Positions 28,601 to 37,322 of a stretch of 64,000 nucleotides of DNA are shown here, in pieces. Where the stretch lies: assembly GCA_026931905.1 (NCBI GenBank), contig JAIXLB010000027.1, positions 49,937 to 113,936 of the forward strand, in the 5' to 3' direction. This stretch comes from Chitinophagales bacterium (GTDB lineage Bacteria; Bacteroidota; Bacteroidia; Chitinophagales; Chitinophagaceae). The notes under the pieces are model-generated. The model saw only the letters and a program-made list of their open reading frames with translations, ran no database searches and was not told the origin of the DNA. The position numbers and the translations under genes were made by a program. Position 1 is the stretch's first letter; every line of letters starts with the position of its first letter.

Positions 28601-29410
28601 AAAGAACATTTAAGAAAACTATTGTATCCATTTATTTTAAGAAGAACAAAAGAACAAGTAGCACAAGATTTACCAGAAAAACAAGAAATGATTTTGTACT
28701 GTGAAATGGATAAAGAACAAAGAAAAATTTATGACGCTTATAGAAATGATTTTAGAGATAAAATTTTAGGTGTAGTTCAGGAAAAAGGAATACAAAAAAG
28801 TCAGCTTACCATTTTACAAGGCTTAATGAAACTAAGGCAAATATGCGATAGCCCTTATATCATAAAAGATCCTACAAGTACAGAAAAATTACCAAAAGTT
28901 TCTGTTAAGTTAGATGAAATAAGCAGAGAAATTACAGAAAACATCAGCAATCATAAAGCATTAATTTTTTCTCAGTTTATTGGCATGCTTTCTTTAATAA
29001 AAGAAAAAATGGAAGAGCTTGGTGTGGACTATGAATATTTTGATGGCACAACTACTGCTGCAGAAAGAGAAAGAGCTATAACACGTTTTCAGGAAGATGA
29101 AAATTGCAGGGTATTTTTAATTTCATTAAAAGCAGGAGGCGTAGGTTTAAATTTAACAGCAGCCGATTATGTTTACATTGTTGATCCTTGGTGGAATCCT
29201 GCTGTTGAACAACAAGCAATAGACAGAACACATCGCATAGGGCAAACAAAAAACATTTTTGCTTATAGAATGATTTGTACAGATACCGTAGAAGATAAAA
29301 TTATAAAACTACAAGAAAAGAAAAAGGCATTAGCCAAAGAATTAATTACAGATGATGAAGGTTTTGTAAAATCATTAACCAAAGAAGATGTAGAATATTT
29401 ATTCAGCTAA
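25610..29410 (+). CDS. SNF2-family ATPase/helicase with N-terminal SWIM zinc finger
   Basis: SWIM CxC..CxH (CNCPHSFSEICRH, aa 73-85). SNF2 motifs LADDMGLGKTIQ, DESQAIKN, LTGTPLQN and QAIDRTHRIGQ. There is an uncharacterised central region of about 700 aa; 1266 aa in total. Confidence 0.9.
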   Translation: MALSYLIKYVYNNGSEEVIRRGKKIFTSGNVELTENNEFLGNAIFRVKDDTYATYYKVHIDNFKDEKEINLRCNCPHSFSEICRHKAAALFQLQDLIDRNILGSKSKNYTQKHTIIRMKHLDVKLIKMLSSHQAFEDAEEFLRTNKVNIIEAKDERVIAEVDWKNEKWKVIIRKNEDRYFDTSCNDLSEINYPLCTQKVIVLLHLIKKYGANYFDNIRNWDSVKNKLLGIYGYTLNDDLKGKFEFTYQNGKPFLRVLDPSIKRIDTPLQIEAIVKPAWDEPVSSLVNTTTETTATFFVDTPAKSALKLGIVITYQEQQYPYFQVEAIQGEPNDDFSSYISKTEKIDLNKFVHTEQFSEDDKILIQQLRKFLPSELNKYLSRNSPFSGVWDNIIQQHNAEFPDETKHLINEYLHPKLQKLFTDFAETNFSFYLPNGNKFITANLEHAELSNQLISPQFYINFNNNEYEISCKAKLPLNEICISENESNTPLFFQYHHKLFTWKKVEDIQVTEKFLPTGKINVNIKDWDKYLRQLVLPLSKEYKVHFGNLQKAEIKDEAPALKIVLKEQGDYLSFHPVFTYKEYEITDADKETIILPLAGKLLIVYRNLEAEKDWLQKIENLHSHFIRPLNNNTLALRGADVLRNNWFFLFVDAMKELNVPIYGFEALENYRFNTAKPSTKIYISSNTDWFDAKIEIQFGEQKVTVDDVKKALANKQQYVPLADGSLGILPDEWIRKYSLLFKVGEGKANDMRLSKYQYSVVEDLYNQRDEEELYIQLEEKYDKLRYNHEIKKINPPPHLSTILRPYQESGFQWLNYLSEVKWGGILADDMGLGKTIQTLSFLQHLKDENKTLKALVVCPTTLMFNWQNEIKKFTNSLTFYTHHGGARDKSNLTNETTDIIITTYGTLRSDIKYFVEIDFDYIVLDESQAIKNPASKVTKAVCVLKAKNRLCLTGTPLQNNTFDIFAQMNFLNPGMLGSQEFFKNEFAVPIDKYNEKEQKEHLRKLLYPFILRRTKEQVAQDLPEKQEMILYCEMDKEQRKIYDAYRNDFRDKILGVVQEKGIQKSQLTILQGLMKLRQICDSPYIIKDPTSTEKLPKVSVKLDEISREITENISNHKALIFSQFIGMLSLIKEKMEELGVDYEYFDGTTTAAERERAITRFQEDENCRVFLISLKAGGVGLNLTAADYVYIVDPWWNPAVEQQAIDRTHRIGQTKNIFAYRMICTDTVEDKIIKLQEKKKALAKELITDDEGFVKSLTKEDVEYLFS

Positions 29411-29481
29411 AACAAAAAATACAATTTGCTATAAAGCCCACTTCTTTTATATTGCAGCAGTTGGCACACAATAATTACTGT

Positions 29482-30033
29482 ATGATTGAAACGAACAAAC
29501 AATACGATTTAATTATAGAAAACTGTAAAGATATTTTTATAAAAAAAGCTACAGACTATGGCACAGCTTGGCGTGTACTTAGACCAATAAGTGTGGTAGA
29601 TCAAATTTTTATTAAAGCCTTACGCATAAGAACCATACAAGATAAAAAACAACAGTTGGTAGAAGACAATATTGCAGATGAATTTAAAGGCATTATTAAT
29701 TATGCAGTTATTGGATTAATTCAATTACAATTAAACAATTCTAAAATAGAAGATTTGCCTGTAAATGAAGTATTGGATTTATACAATAAACAAATAAAAT
29801 TTTCTAAAGATACCATGCAAAACAAAAATCATGATTATGGAGAAGCATGGAGAGATATGAGCCAAGAAAGTTTTGCAGATTTAATTTTAATGAAACTACA
29901 ACGTATTAAACAAATACTTGCCAACGATGGCAAAACATTAATTAGTGAAGGGATTGATGCTAATTATGTAGATATATTGAATTATAGCGTATTTGCTCTT
30001 ATTCTAATTGTAGAAAAAGAAAAGAGTTTTTAA
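29482..30033 (+). CDS. DUF1599-like protein (internal tandem duplication)
   Basis: Two related halves carry K.ATDYGTAWRVLR...ALRIRTIQ and KNHDYGEAWRDMS...MKLQRIKQI. The ATG at 29482 is preferred over the TTG at 29452. Confidence 0.6.
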   Translation: MIETNKQYDLIIENCKDIFIKKATDYGTAWRVLRPISVVDQIFIKALRIRTIQDKKQQLVEDNIADEFKGIINYAVIGLIQLQLNNSKIEDLPVNEVLDLYNKQIKFSKDTMQNKNHDYGEAWRDMSQESFADLILMKLQRIKQILANDGKTLISEGIDANYVDILNYSVFALILIVEKEKSF

Positions 30034-30099
30034 AAAGTTTTTAACGCTATTCAAACACTAACTTCCCTTTTTCAAAAACAGCAGTAGTAATAAAAACTA

Positions 30100-30107
30100 T
30101 ACTTTTG
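30100..30107 (+). promoter_or_regulatory. -7 box TACTTTTG upstream of mnmA
   Basis: Part of the 13-mer TATACTTTTGCAG (30098-30110), which recurs identically at 36707-36719; 23 nt upstream of the ATG. Confidence 0.45.
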
Positions 30108-30130
30108 CAGGCTACTATTTTAATTTAATT

Positions 30131-31258
30131 ATGAGCCGTAAAGGAAAAGTATTGGTTGCAATGAGTGGTGGTATTGATAGTACTGTTACTGCTCTTATGT
30201 TGCACAACGAAGGTTATGAAGTGATAGGTATAACTATGAAAACATGGGATTATGCAACAAGTGGTGGAGGAAAAAGCAAAAAAGAAACAGGCTGTTGCAA
30301 TCTTGATAGTTTTAATGATGCTCGTATGGCTGCAGTGCATCATGGTTTTCCTCATTTTATTTTAGATATTAGAGATGAGTTTGGCGATTTTGTTGTGGAA
30401 AATTTTGTAGAAGAATATTTAGCTGGTCGTACCCCCAACCCTTGTGTAATGTGCAATACACACATTAAATGGAGAGCCTTATTAAAACGTGCCGATGCAA
30501 TGGATTGCGATTTTATTGCTACAGGACATTATGCAAAAATTAATATACACACCAATGGAAGATATTATGTAAGCAAAGGTTTAGATGAAACAAAAGACCA
30601 AAGCTATGTACTGTGGGGATTACAGCAAGATTTATTAAGTCGTACCATTTTACCTTTAGGAAAATATCATAAAACAGAAATAAGGCAAATGGCACATGAT
30701 ATGGGCTATCCTGAATTGGCAAAAAAAAGTGAGAGTTATGAAATTTGTTTTGTGCCAGATAACGATTACAGAGGTTTTTTAAAAAGAAGAGTAAATGGTT
30801 TAGAAGAAAAAGTTGCTGGTGGTTGGTTTATTGATAAACATGGAAAAAAATTAGGGCAACACAAAGGCTATCCTTTTTATACCATTGGGCAACGTAAAGG
30901 TTTAGATATTGCCTTAGGCAAACCTGCTTATGTTACAGCCATAGACCCTAATAGCAATACTGTAGTTTTAGGCGATGAAATAGATTTAGATAAGAGCACC
31001 ATGCAAGTAAAAAAAATAAATTGGATAAAATATGATGGCATAAACGATGGTGTAGAAACTATAACTAAAATAAGATACAAAGACAAAGGAGCATTTAGTA
31101 ATTTATACAATATTGAAGATGGCGTAAATGTTGAATTTTACGAACCTGTAAAAGGCATTGCACCAGGGCAAAGTGCAGTTTTTTATGAAGGAGATGATGT
31201 AATTGGTGGTGGCATTATTCAAAGAAACGAATTTAATTTAGCAGACTATAAATCCTAA
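30131..31258 (+). CDS. mnmA: tRNA 2-thiouridine(34) synthase MnmA
   Basis: PP-loop VAMSGGIDSTV, catalytic Cys regions (NPCVMCN, EICF), typical length. Confidence 0.92.
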   Translation: MSRKGKVLVAMSGGIDSTVTALMLHNEGYEVIGITMKTWDYATSGGGKSKKETGCCNLDSFNDARMAAVHHGFPHFILDIRDEFGDFVVENFVEEYLAGRTPNPCVMCNTHIKWRALLKRADAMDCDFIATGHYAKINIHTNGRYYVSKGLDETKDQSYVLWGLQQDLLSRTILPLGKYHKTEIRQMAHDMGYPELAKKSESYEICFVPDNDYRGFLKRRVNGLEEKVAGGWFIDKHGKKLGQHKGYPFYTIGQRKGLDIALGKPAYVTAIDPNSNTVVLGDEIDLDKSTMQVKKINWIKYDGINDGVETITKIRYKDKGAFSNLYNIEDGVNVEFYEPVKGIAPGQSAVFYEGDDVIGGGIIQRNEFNLADYKS

Positions 31259-31340
31259 ATTGCATTTTTTTATTTTCTTCTATAACAAAATTAGTTGTGC
31301 TTATTCAAGGTATTATTTATCTTTCCACTCTAATAAGTTT

Positions 31341-32087
31341 ATGAAACAATTTATTTTTTTCTGCATACTAATAATAACTTTTTTAATAGCAGGTTGTAGT
31401 TCAAAAGAAACTTTAAATTTCCCTTCTGTACATGAACTAAATCCACTTGCATCTGGTAAAGTTTTTATTTATCGTTTAGACTCTACGGTAGTAACTAATT
31501 TCAGTAAATCATTAACAGTAAAAAGTTACATAGCAAAAGATAGTGTTGCAGAACAATTTATTGATGCATCAGGAAGAAATTCTTTTAAAATTTATCGTTA
31601 TATAACCGATACTTTACAAACAAAACCTTGGGTTTATACTGCTACTTTTTTTGCTTCGTTTAATAATAATACAATAGAATTTATTGACAACAATAACATA
31701 AGAATTGTAACAATAGCAGCTCCTGTAACCAATGGCACACAATGGTTTGGCACAAAATATATTAATGCTCCAAGTACTGCATCTGATTATTTTTTTATGA
31801 ACGACTGGCATTTTGAAATTCAAAATGCCAATGAATCTTTTACTGTAAAAAAGGGAAATATTCCAAATACTTACACCATTTTACAAGCAGATGAAGAAGA
31901 TCCGCCAGGTCCATTTAATCCTGCCCTCAGTCGTTCTTCAAAAGCCTATTCAGTTGAAGTGTATGCGAAAAATATTGGATTAATTTACAAAGAATTTTTA
32001 CACTGGGAATGGCAAAACCCCAATAACGATGGTAGTTATACTGCTAACAGTTATGGCATTAAACTAAATTTAATTGATTATAGATAA
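31341..32087 (+). CDS. hypothetical lipoprotein
   Basis: Lipoprotein signal MKQFIFFCILIITFLIAGC. The ATG at 31341 is preferred over the track start at 31260. It ends 35 nt upstream of the S8 peptidase gene. Confidence 0.5.
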   Translation: MKQFIFFCILIITFLIAGCSSKETLNFPSVHELNPLASGKVFIYRLDSTVVTNFSKSLTVKSYIAKDSVAEQFIDASGRNSFKIYRYITDTLQTKPWVYTATFFASFNNNTIEFIDNNNIRIVTIAAPVTNGTQWFGTKYINAPSTASDYFFMNDWHFEIQNANESFTVKKGNIPNTYTILQADEEDPPGPFNPALSRSSKAYSVEVYAKNIGLIYKEFLHWEWQNPNNDGSYTANSYGIKLNLIDYR

Positions 32088-32122
32088 GTGCAATTCTAAA
32101 CGACTTGAAGAACCTTTAAACA

Positions 32123-34105
32123 ATGAAACAATTTTTACTTTTCTTACTTTCTTTTCTTGTAATAAAAAATGCAGAAGCTCAATACACTCGCTATATTATA
32201 CAATTAAAAAACAAAGCAACTAATCCTTATAGCCTTAGCAATCCATCGGCTTTTTTATCACAAAATTCTTTAGATAGAAGAACAACCTACAATATTAATT
32301 TAGATAGCACTGATTTGCCTATAACTCCTCGATATATAGATAGCATAAGGCTTTCAGGCAATGTAATTATTTTAAATAAAAGCAAATGGCTTAACCAAGT
32401 TGCTATAAAAACTACCGATGCAACTGCAATAAATAAAATTCTTACTCTTCCTTTCGTAGCAAATATTTCAACAGTTGCAGCAAAACCATCAAACAATAAT
32501 TCTATAAAACCCAACATAGAAAAAGATTTAAAAGAAATTATTTCGCAAGAAAATATGGTGCAACAAAAAAATCAATCAGTATCTAATTTTTATGATTATG
32601 GTTTAACAACCAATGAAGCCAAATTGCACAATGTTCAATTTTTACATAATATAGGAATGCGTGGTCAAAATATGTTGCTTGCCATTATTGATGCAGGATT
32701 TTATCGTTACACATCATTAAGTTCTTTCGATAGCATGAATTTGAATAATCGTGTAAAAGATAGTTGGGATTTTGTAAGTAATCATGCAAGTGTAGTAGAA
32801 GATGACTCACATGGCATGAGTTGTTTAAGTACTATTGTAGGAAATATTCCAGGAAATTTTATTGGTAATGCCCCTGAAACAAATGTATTATTATACAGGT
32901 CAGAAGAAGCAGCAACAGAATATCCTATTGAAGAGTTTAATTGGGTTTGTGCAGCAGAACGTGCTGATAGTGCAGGAGCAACAATTATAACCACTTCATT
33001 AGGTTACAGCACTTTTGATGATGCAACATTTAATTACACTTATAGCCAAATGAATGGCAGAACAACTATTGCTGCAAAGGGTGGTGTTTTTGCTCACAGA
33101 AAAGGCATGTTATTGTTTACTGCAATGGGAAATGAAGGAGGTAGCAGTTGGAAATATTTAAGTACACCTGCTGATATTGATAGCACTATTTCAGTAGGTG
33201 CTGTAAATGTACAAGGCATTGTTAGTAGCTTTTCAAGCTATGGACCTTCGGCAGATGGAAGAGTAAAACCTGAGGCTTCTGCAGTAGGTTGGAATGCTTA
33301 TGTACAATCAAGCAATAATACTATTATGCAAGGTAATGGCACTTCTTATGCTTGCCCTAAAATGGCAGGTATGGGAGTTGTATTGTGGCAAGCTTTTCCT
33401 GAGTTTAAAAATTATACCATAAGAGAAGCTATTATAAAAAGTGGCAGTAATTATTTTAATCCAAATGATAGAATTGGTTACGGCATTCCTGATATGAAAA
33501 AAGCTTTCACCATTTTATTACAGCAGTATGCAAATATTACAAATGCTACTAATAATAATTGTAACATAAATATTCAATGGAAAAGTAAAGATGTTGCCAT
33601 AATGAAATATATTATTGAAAGAAAATTAAGCAACGAAACTTATTATACAACAATAAAAGAAATACAAGGTAATGGAAATATTTTATCTAATAAAAACTAT
33701 AGCATTATAGATACAGTAACAACAACAACACCAATAGCCCATGCAACTTACAGAATACAACAAATAATTGATACAGCTACAGCAGGCAACAACCTTGTAA
33801 CTATTGATTCTATTACATTATCTGTAGATAACTGCAATATTATTTTGAATGAAAAATTTACTATTTCGCCCAATCCTACAAAAAATAGTGCTAATTTAAA
33901 AATTGAAACACCCTACCCTATTGATAATTTATGGATAAGAATTGCTGACCTAAAAGGCAGCATTTTAAGCAATCAAAAATATTCAAAAAATGCAGGTATA
34001 AGTGTCTGTAAATTGCCTGTAGAATTTTTAGCAAAAGGTATGTATGTTGTAACTATTTATAATGATATAAAAATTATAGCCACTCAAAAATTAATAAAGC
34101 AATAA
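32123..34105 (+). CDS. S8 (subtilisin-like) serine peptidase with T9SS C-terminal sorting domain
   Basis: Signal peptide and I9-like propeptide (YIIQLKN). Catalytic triad contexts IIDAGF, HGMSCLS and GTSYACPKMAG. The C-terminal about 80 aa (ISPNPTKNSANLKIE...VVTIYND...QKLIKQ) is typical of a Por secretion tail. Confidence 0.85.
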   Translation: MKQFLLFLLSFLVIKNAEAQYTRYIIQLKNKATNPYSLSNPSAFLSQNSLDRRTTYNINLDSTDLPITPRYIDSIRLSGNVIILNKSKWLNQVAIKTTDATAINKILTLPFVANISTVAAKPSNNNSIKPNIEKDLKEIISQENMVQQKNQSVSNFYDYGLTTNEAKLHNVQFLHNIGMRGQNMLLAIIDAGFYRYTSLSSFDSMNLNNRVKDSWDFVSNHASVVEDDSHGMSCLSTIVGNIPGNFIGNAPETNVLLYRSEEAATEYPIEEFNWVCAAERADSAGATIITTSLGYSTFDDATFNYTYSQMNGRTTIAAKGGVFAHRKGMLLFTAMGNEGGSSWKYLSTPADIDSTISVGAVNVQGIVSSFSSYGPSADGRVKPEASAVGWNAYVQSSNNTIMQGNGTSYACPKMAGMGVVLWQAFPEFKNYTIREAIIKSGSNYFNPNDRIGYGIPDMKKAFTILLQQYANITNATNNNCNINIQWKSKDVAIMKYIIERKLSNETYYTTIKEIQGNGNILSNKNYSIIDTVTTTTPIAHATYRIQQIIDTATAGNNLVTIDSITLSVDNCNIILNEKFTISPNPTKNSANLKIETPYPIDNLWIRIADLKGSILSNQKYSKNAGISVCKLPVEFLAKGMYVVTIYNDIKIIATQKLIKQ

Positions 34106-34115
34106 TTTTCTTCTT

Positions 34116-35177
34116 TTACAACAAATGCGGTTTAGCTTCAGTTTGCCCAGCATTGGTAACTTGTACATACTCTGGTTTAAATTCATTTATATTATTTGCA
34201 CCACCATAAGAAAAAGCACTTCTTACACCATCTAATAACCCTTCAATCACAAATTTTGCACCACCTTTAAAAGGAATTACAGTGCTTTCGCCTTCTACAT
34301 TTTTTTGCTCTTGATTATGTGTCATTTTTGTTTCTAAAGAAGCAGCACCACGATAACGTTTAAACAATCCTGTAGCTTTTTCTATAATTTTTCCAGGAGC
34401 TTCTTTTGTTCCTGCAATTAAAGAACCCAACATTACACAACTGCTTCCTAAAGCTAATGCTTTAGCAATATCGCCACTGGTTCTAATTCCTCCATCTGCC
34501 ATTACAGGTAAATTAGTAACAGCAATTATTTCTTGCAAACAAGAAACATTAGGTACTCCAAAACCTGTTTTTAAACGAGTAGTACATAATGAACCACCAC
34601 CAACACCTACTCTTAATCCATCTGCTTGCCAAGCTTCTAAATCTTTTGCAGCTTGAGCACTTGCAATATTTCCAGCAATTATATCTACATGCGATGGTAA
34701 AATATTTTTTAAAGTAGCAATGGCTTGTTTTACATTTTCATGATGCCCATGAGCAACATCAATTAAAATAATATTAGCTCCTGCATTTACCAAAGCAACA
34801 GCACGTTCTTTAAAATCGCCATTAGCACCTGTAGCAGCCATTACAGGAATGGCTTTTTTAAATTTCCAATTAGTATCGTTTAAATTCCAAACATCTTCAA
34901 TATTTTGTTGTTGAATAGCAGCTACAACAGTTGCAATTTCATTGGCTTCTTGCTCAATAGTCATAAACCTATGAATGCAACCTACACCTCCCAATTCTGC
35001 AATAGTTATAGCCATTTCACTTTCACAAACAGTATCCATACAAGAGGCAACTAATGGCACTCGTAATCCATAATTTTTTGTAACCTGAGTGGTTAAATCA
35101 ATATTTTTTCTAGATGAAATATTTGAATATGCAGGCACTAATTGAATGTCATCGTAGGTTAATGCTAATTTGCTCAT
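34116..35177 (-). CDS. IMP dehydrogenase/GMP reductase family oxidoreductase lacking CBS domains (probable GMP reductase)
   Basis: TIM-barrel IMPDH-family motifs, catalytic loop GVGGGSLCTTR and phosphate-binding MADGGIR; 353 aa with no CBS insert. Confidence 0.65.
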   Translation of the reverse strand: MSKLALTYDDIQLVPAYSNISSRKNIDLTTQVTKNYGLRVPLVASCMDTVCESEMAITIAELGGVGCIHRFMTIEQEANEIATVVAAIQQQNIEDVWNLNDTNWKFKKAIPVMAATGANGDFKERAVALVNAGANIILIDVAHGHHENVKQAIATLKNILPSHVDIIAGNIASAQAAKDLEAWQADGLRVGVGGGSLCTTRLKTGFGVPNVSCLQEIIAVTNLPVMADGGIRTSGDIAKALALGSSCVMLGSLIAGTKEAPGKIIEKATGLFKRYRGAASLETKMTHNQEQKNVEGESTVIPFKGGAKFVIEGLLDGVRSAFSYGGANNINEFKPEYVQVTNAGQTEAKPHLL

Positions 35178-35385
35178 AAAATTATTTTAGTTATTGAAAA
35201 ATCAAAGCCAGCCAAAGTACATATAAAATGATTGTTACAAAAACTAAACAATAAAACTGTGAACTAAAGGTGGATTACTTTTAAATTGATAAGAAAAAAT
35301 TAAGTAGAACCTGTTGAAATATTTATCTATACTATTAAAAACTTTTTTAAAAGGCTTTGCGTATTTGCTTGGTAAGAACATTATT

Positions 35386-36579
35386 TTACTTACTATGCAA
35401 AACCTCCTCAATACTTTCATTCACTATGTTACAAAGGTTTAAAATTTCTTCTTCTGTTATGCTTAAAGGTGGTGCAATACGCATACAATTTGGTGCAAAT
35501 AAAAACCAATCTGTAATCATTCCTTTTGCTATACATTTTTGCACTACTGCATGATTAATTTCAAAATTTTCAAATGCAATGGCAGCCCATAAACCAAAGC
35601 TGTTTATGTTTTGAATAAGTTTTTTGGTAAGATTATTTAGTAAAATATTTTGTTTGCTTTTTACTGTATCAATATATTTTTCTTGTAGCAAAACTTCAAA
35701 AGCAGCTTTACCTACTGCACAACTTACAGGATGCCCACCAAAGGTTGTAATATGCCCCAATACTGGATTATCTGTAAATGTGTACATTAAATTTTTATCT
35801 GCAATAAATGCACCTAATGGCATTCCTCCTCCTAAAGCTTTTCCTAATAATAAAATATCTGGCACTATATCAAATTGTTCAAAAGCCCATAAACTGCCTG
35901 TTCTTCCAAAGCCACTTTGTATTTCATCGGCAATAAAAAGTACGCCTTGCTCTTTACATTTTTTATACAAAGATTGTATCCAATTTTTATCTGGAGCAAC
36001 TATACCAGCTTCTGCCTGAATAATTTCTATAATTACACATGCAGTATTGTTATCAATGGCATCAATAACAGCATTATCGTTATAATCAAAGTGATAAATT
36101 TCTGGTAGTAAAGGTCTAAAAGCATTTCTCCAATACTCGCTACCCATAATACTCAATGAGCCTTGAGTGCTGCCATGATAAGCGTTATTAAATGCAAATA
36201 TTTTTGTTCTGCCTGTTACTCTTTTTGCTAATTTCATTGCACCTTCAGTAGCTTCGGAACCACTGTTAGTAAAATAAATACAGTTTAAAGAATTGGGTAA
36301 ATGCTCTGTTAATAATTTGGCATAAGCTGTTTGAGGTTGTTGAATAAATTCGCCATACACAATTAAGTGCATGTATTGTTCTGTTTGATTTTTTACAGCT
36401 TCTATCACTTTTGGATGAGAGTGCCCAATATTGGCTACACTAAATCCTGCAATAGCATCAATGTATTTTTTATTATCAATATCGTATAAATAAACCCCCT
36501 CAGCTTTTATCATTTCTATGCCAATAGGTGCTATAGAAGTTTGTGCAATGTGTTGTAAAAATATTTGTCTGTTGTTCAT
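35386..36579 (-). CDS. class-III (acetylornithine/ornithine/GABA-type) PLP aminotransferase
   Basis: Motifs FTNSGSEATEGAMKLA, ADEIQSGFGRTG and the PLP-lysine context LLLGKALGGG; 397 aa. Confidence 0.85.
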   Translation of the reverse strand: MNNRQIFLQHIAQTSIAPIGIEMIKAEGVYLYDIDNKKYIDAIAGFSVANIGHSHPKVIEAVKNQTEQYMHLIVYGEFIQQPQTAYAKLLTEHLPNSLNCIYFTNSGSEATEGAMKLAKRVTGRTKIFAFNNAYHGSTQGSLSIMGSEYWRNAFRPLLPEIYHFDYNDNAVIDAIDNNTACVIIEIIQAEAGIVAPDKNWIQSLYKKCKEQGVLFIADEIQSGFGRTGSLWAFEQFDIVPDILLLGKALGGGMPLGAFIADKNLMYTFTDNPVLGHITTFGGHPVSCAVGKAAFEVLLQEKYIDTVKSKQNILLNNLTKKLIQNINSFGLWAAIAFENFEINHAVVQKCIAKGMITDWFLFAPNCMRIAPPLSITEEEILNLCNIVNESIEEVLHSK

Positions 36580-36587
36580 GGTAAAAA

Positions 36588-36595
36588 CAAAAGTA
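36588..36595 (-). promoter_or_regulatory. -7 box TACTTTTG (minus strand) for the aminotransferase gene
   Basis: Plus strand CAAAAGTA, only 8 nt upstream of the ATG (36579), which implies a very short or absent leader. Confidence 0.4.
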
Positions 36596-36708
36596 ACACC
36601 ATTTTTATTTACTCAAATAATAGCATTTTCTTAAACACTATTGGATAGCAATATAATTTTTTGAGTAAAAATGAGGCTATGAACACATTTGCTATACTTT
36701 TAATTATA

Positions 36709-36716
36709 TACTTTTG
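36709..36716 (+). promoter_or_regulatory. -7 box TACTTTTG upstream of the ECF sigma gene
   Basis: Within the 13-mer TATACTTTTGCAG (36707-36719), 21 nt upstream of the ATG at 36738. It overlaps the TTG start used by the ORF track. Confidence 0.45.
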
Positions 36717-36737
36717 CAGTGTATCTTAAAACCCTTG

Positions 36738-37322
36738 ATGCACCCTAATAAATACACACATATTTCAGACAATGAGTTGCTTCATTTGTATTACAAATAC
36801 AATGAAAATAAATGGATTGGCATACTTCTACAACGCTACACTTTGTTGCTTTTGGGTACTTGCATGAAGTATTTAAAAAATGAAGAAGAAGCCAAAGATG
36901 CAGTGCAACAAATTTTTCTAAAAGTTATTACAGAATTAAAAAGAAGTAAAGTAGAATATTTTAAGAGTTGGATTTATATTATAGCACGAAACTATTGTTT
37001 AATGCAACTTAGAAATAAAAATATTTTAGTAGAACCTACTGAAGAAAACTTACAAGACACCGATAATTCTGATGATATAATTGAAGAATTATTTAAAAAA
37101 GAAACACTGCTTACTGCTTTGGAAATTGCTATAGAACAATTAAACGAGGAACAAAAAAAATGTATAACTTTATTTTATTTACAACAAAATAGTTACCAGC
37201 AAATAGCCAATACAACAGGATTTTCTTTATTACAGGTAAAGAGTTTTATACAAAACGGAAAAAGGAATTTGAAATTATTGATACAAAAAAATACCACTAT
37301 CAATTTACATGACAGACCATAA
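36738..37322 (+). CDS. ECF-type RNA polymerase sigma-70 factor
   Basis: Region 2 (VQQIFLKV...WIYIIARNYCL) and region 4 HTH (SYQQIANTTGFSLLQVKSFIQNGKRNL). The ATG at 36738 is preferred. Confidence 0.85.
   Translation: MHPNKYTHISDNELLHLYYKYNENKWIGILLQRYTLLLLGTCMKYLKNEEEAKDAVQQIFLKVITELKRSKVEYFKSWIYIIARNYCLMQLRNKNILVEPTEENLQDTDNSDDIIEELFKKETLLTALEIAIEQLNEEQKKCITLFYLQQNSYQQIANTTGFSLLQVKSFIQNGKRNLKLLIQKNTTINLHDRP

Noticed and set aside
35624-36019. 131-aa and 63-aa plus-strand ORFs antisense to the aminotransferase gene.
   Set aside because: Same reasoning: they are embedded antisense frames without independent signals, while the minus-strand product has clear PLP-aminotransferase motifs.
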